A stretch of 64,000 nt of DNA from Antechinus flavipes (Eukaryota), in NCBI RefSeq assembly GCF_016432865.1, contig NC_067402.1:16926001-16990000 (forward strand), in the 5' to 3' direction. Every line of letters begins with the position of its first letter. Position 1 is the first letter of the stretch. Position numbers and translations under genes: made by a program. The notes below the pieces were generated by a model. It ran no database searches. It was not told the DNA's origin and saw nothing but the letters and a program-made list of their open reading frames with translations. Shown here one piece after another: positions 61,621 through 64,000 of this stretch.

Positions 61621-64000
61621 CCTACCAAAAAAAAGGGTATTATAATTGATATGAATTCTAAAAAAAAAAATTTAGCTGGCTATGGCTGGGAATCCTTTTT
61701 GGAATGGTGATATACAATTAATACTTTCTTTTCTGAAATATGATTCCCAGAAGGGAAACCATAGCCAAGAATTGGTTGGAATGCATGAATAATTAATACA
61801 AATTCTACTGCTGAATGCCTCTGCTTTGCGGCTTTTCTGGACAAGCATAGATTTGAAACTGAAAGGATCTTTGGAGGGCAGTAAGTTCTCATTTTGTGGG
61901 AATGGAGACCAGAACTTATGTCCCCAAAACATCAGAGATGGTTAGGATCTTGTAGGCAGTGTTGTACAATGGAAAGAGCCCTGGTTCTGAACTTAGAGGA
62001 CCTATGTTCCAGTCCCACTTCTAATATTTGATACTCATAACCTGTGTGGTCTTAGCCAAGTCATGTAAACAGTCAAGGAAAATGAGTTTTCCTCACTTAT
62101 AAAATGAGAAGGTTTGACTAGAAAGAAGCCTCCTGGGTCCTTTATGACTCAACCCCCACCTCATTTTACACAGGAGAAAACAGGGGGTTCGAATCTCTGT
62201 TTAATTCCTAAGGACCTACGCTACTTGGTGAAAATTAAATTTTATATACATATGCTATACCCAGATCTTTATAAAGAGTTCTGTAAATGCTAGCTATTAT
62301 TCTTTGCTCTTATTAATATTATCCATAAAATAAGATCCCTGCCAGCTAAAAAATTTTAAGCTTCAACTATTTTAATTCATAGATGAACGTAAATGAGCAT
62401 GGAAGCAATTGAATGAATGTGTCTAAATATAGCAAACCGTGATTTTAGAATATTAATAATTTCTCTCCAAGCAAAGGATTGGGAAAGTCATTGTATTTGG
62501 CAGGGCTGGGTTTTCCAATCTTTAAAATGTGGCAATGGTGGACAAATAACTTCTAAGCTCCCTTCTAGCTTTAAATTCCTAATATCAAAATAATTTCTGG
62601 ACACGATGCACAGAAATCTTAAGCAAATTCAACTGACTCAGTAGGACAATGTACACAGCCTTTCTAGCCCTATCTCAGCCATCTCTGCTTAGAAGGAAAG
62701 CCCTTTATTGTGTCTTTGGAACCAGGATTTGTCACTTAATTTGAACTTAATTTGAATTTAAGTGCCTTTTAAATGTCGTTTTCTTTTCCAGTACTGTAGT
62801 CTCTTTGCTCCTTGTTCTCCTGGTTCTATCATTTCAATCTGTCTTCTATCCTGCCATGGCTGATTTTCCTAAAATGCAGAGCTGACTGTCTCTCTCTCCC
62901 CTACTAGATAGACTACCATGGCTCTCTAACACCTAGAGCAGCAAATATCAAATCTGTTCAGCACCGAAAGCCATATGGCACCACCGGTGGAATATCGGTA
63001 TTAAACAGACGGGCTTCTGTTTCCATGGGAAGCTTAAGGTCACTAAAAGAGCTTTGTAAATTTCCCAAAGGAAATACAGAGAGCTCTCCTCCTGTTCAAT
63101 TCTGGGCCCAAAGCGTCCATCTGTCCTGTCTGCCCCAGATACACAGACTCATAGACAGCTCAACTGTCTATTGTCACCGGAGCAGTCATTCTTTAAACAC
63201 TGGGTCTTTTCTGTGGGGCCAGATAATTCTCAGTGGTTAGAGATCTCTTCCGGGCGGCTCCACACAAGCAATCCAATGTCACCTACATGCAGGAGAATTT
63301 GGAGAACTCACCGTCCCCTGGGATCCCCTCTTCAGATTCTGGGTTCTGGGCTGGGTCTTTCCCATCACAGTGGTGAGCACATTTGGAGAGCATCCATCAC
63401 TTGCTTTATTGATTCACTTGGTCTTTATGACTGGGGGTTGTTGAAGAGTATTATTGTTACATCTTTCAAGCAATCTTGAATGACTTGGATAGATGGATGG
63501 GAAATGTCATGTTGGAAAAGAGCCTGTGGGGCAGAGTTCAGTTCTACTGAATCAAAGACTTTTTTAGCATCAACAATGGGCAAGTATGGCATCCAAATGA
63601 TTCAACCCATTGCAAAATGGTAAAGATGAGGTCCCCCGGGGAACGTTGCGTACAAAGCCATGCTTGTTCCCTATCAAGGGATAGTTTCTCTTCATATGAA
63701 TTGATAATTACTGATGTTTCTTGGTGGTCTTTTTTAGAGTTGATAATAAAAACCTGGAAAGAAATCCTAGCACATTGATCCCTTAATGTTCTCACAACTA
63801 TGTTGCCTCAGGCACCGATCTCTAGATATACAAAATCTGGTTGATTAATCTGCTTTTTTTTTTTTTTTTTTTAAGATGGCATTGTACTTTCCCTATAATC
63901 ACATTCAGAACTGTTAGGTTCTAAATGTGCTGATTCCATTATCCTTGATGATAAAACCAATTGAAATACTCTTTGCAGATCTTTTCCCATTTTTCTTCTC

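Noticed and set aside
50969-64000. JAZF1 exon 2
   Set aside because: No frame encodes the expected sequence ending ...LSYIN, so intron 2 extends past the window edge.

Overview
This is vertebrate genomic DNA, not microbial. It is most likely a marsupial, probably dasyurid-like, judging from WSINE1/MAR1 CORE-SINEs, marsupial-type L1 3' ends, RTE/BovB LINEs and a full-length 7SL-derived element. The window holds the 3' ends of two convergent genes. TAX1BP1 is on + (last five coding exons, 2033-12312, ending in the two UBZ zinc fingers). JAZF1 is on - (exon 3 at 50772-50968, exon 4 at 25164-25333, exon 5 CDS at 16341-16517, 3' UTR to about 14200); its exons 1-2 lie beyond the right edge. The rest is intron, with many retroelements, three assembly gaps and a roughly 9 kb GC/CpG-rich block (about 18-27.4 kb) around JAZF1 exon 4 that carries three tandem arrays. 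The most notable observation is a 28-bp tandem repeat made of copies of the JAZF1 exon 4 splice donor. It creates a ladder of alternative 5' splice sites, one of which would splice into a long alternative open frame of the last exon and escape NMD. Also notable are an L1 with an apparent 20-nt 3' transduction, an RTE nested in an L1 with a roughly 50-bp target duplication, a BovB-type fragment, a 7SL-derived retrocopy, and a CLEAR/CCAAT/CTCF-like motif cluster between the two 3' ends. No CRISPR array, rRNA or tRNA gene was found. Gene and repeat identities rest on recalled protein and consensus sequences; no database search was run.
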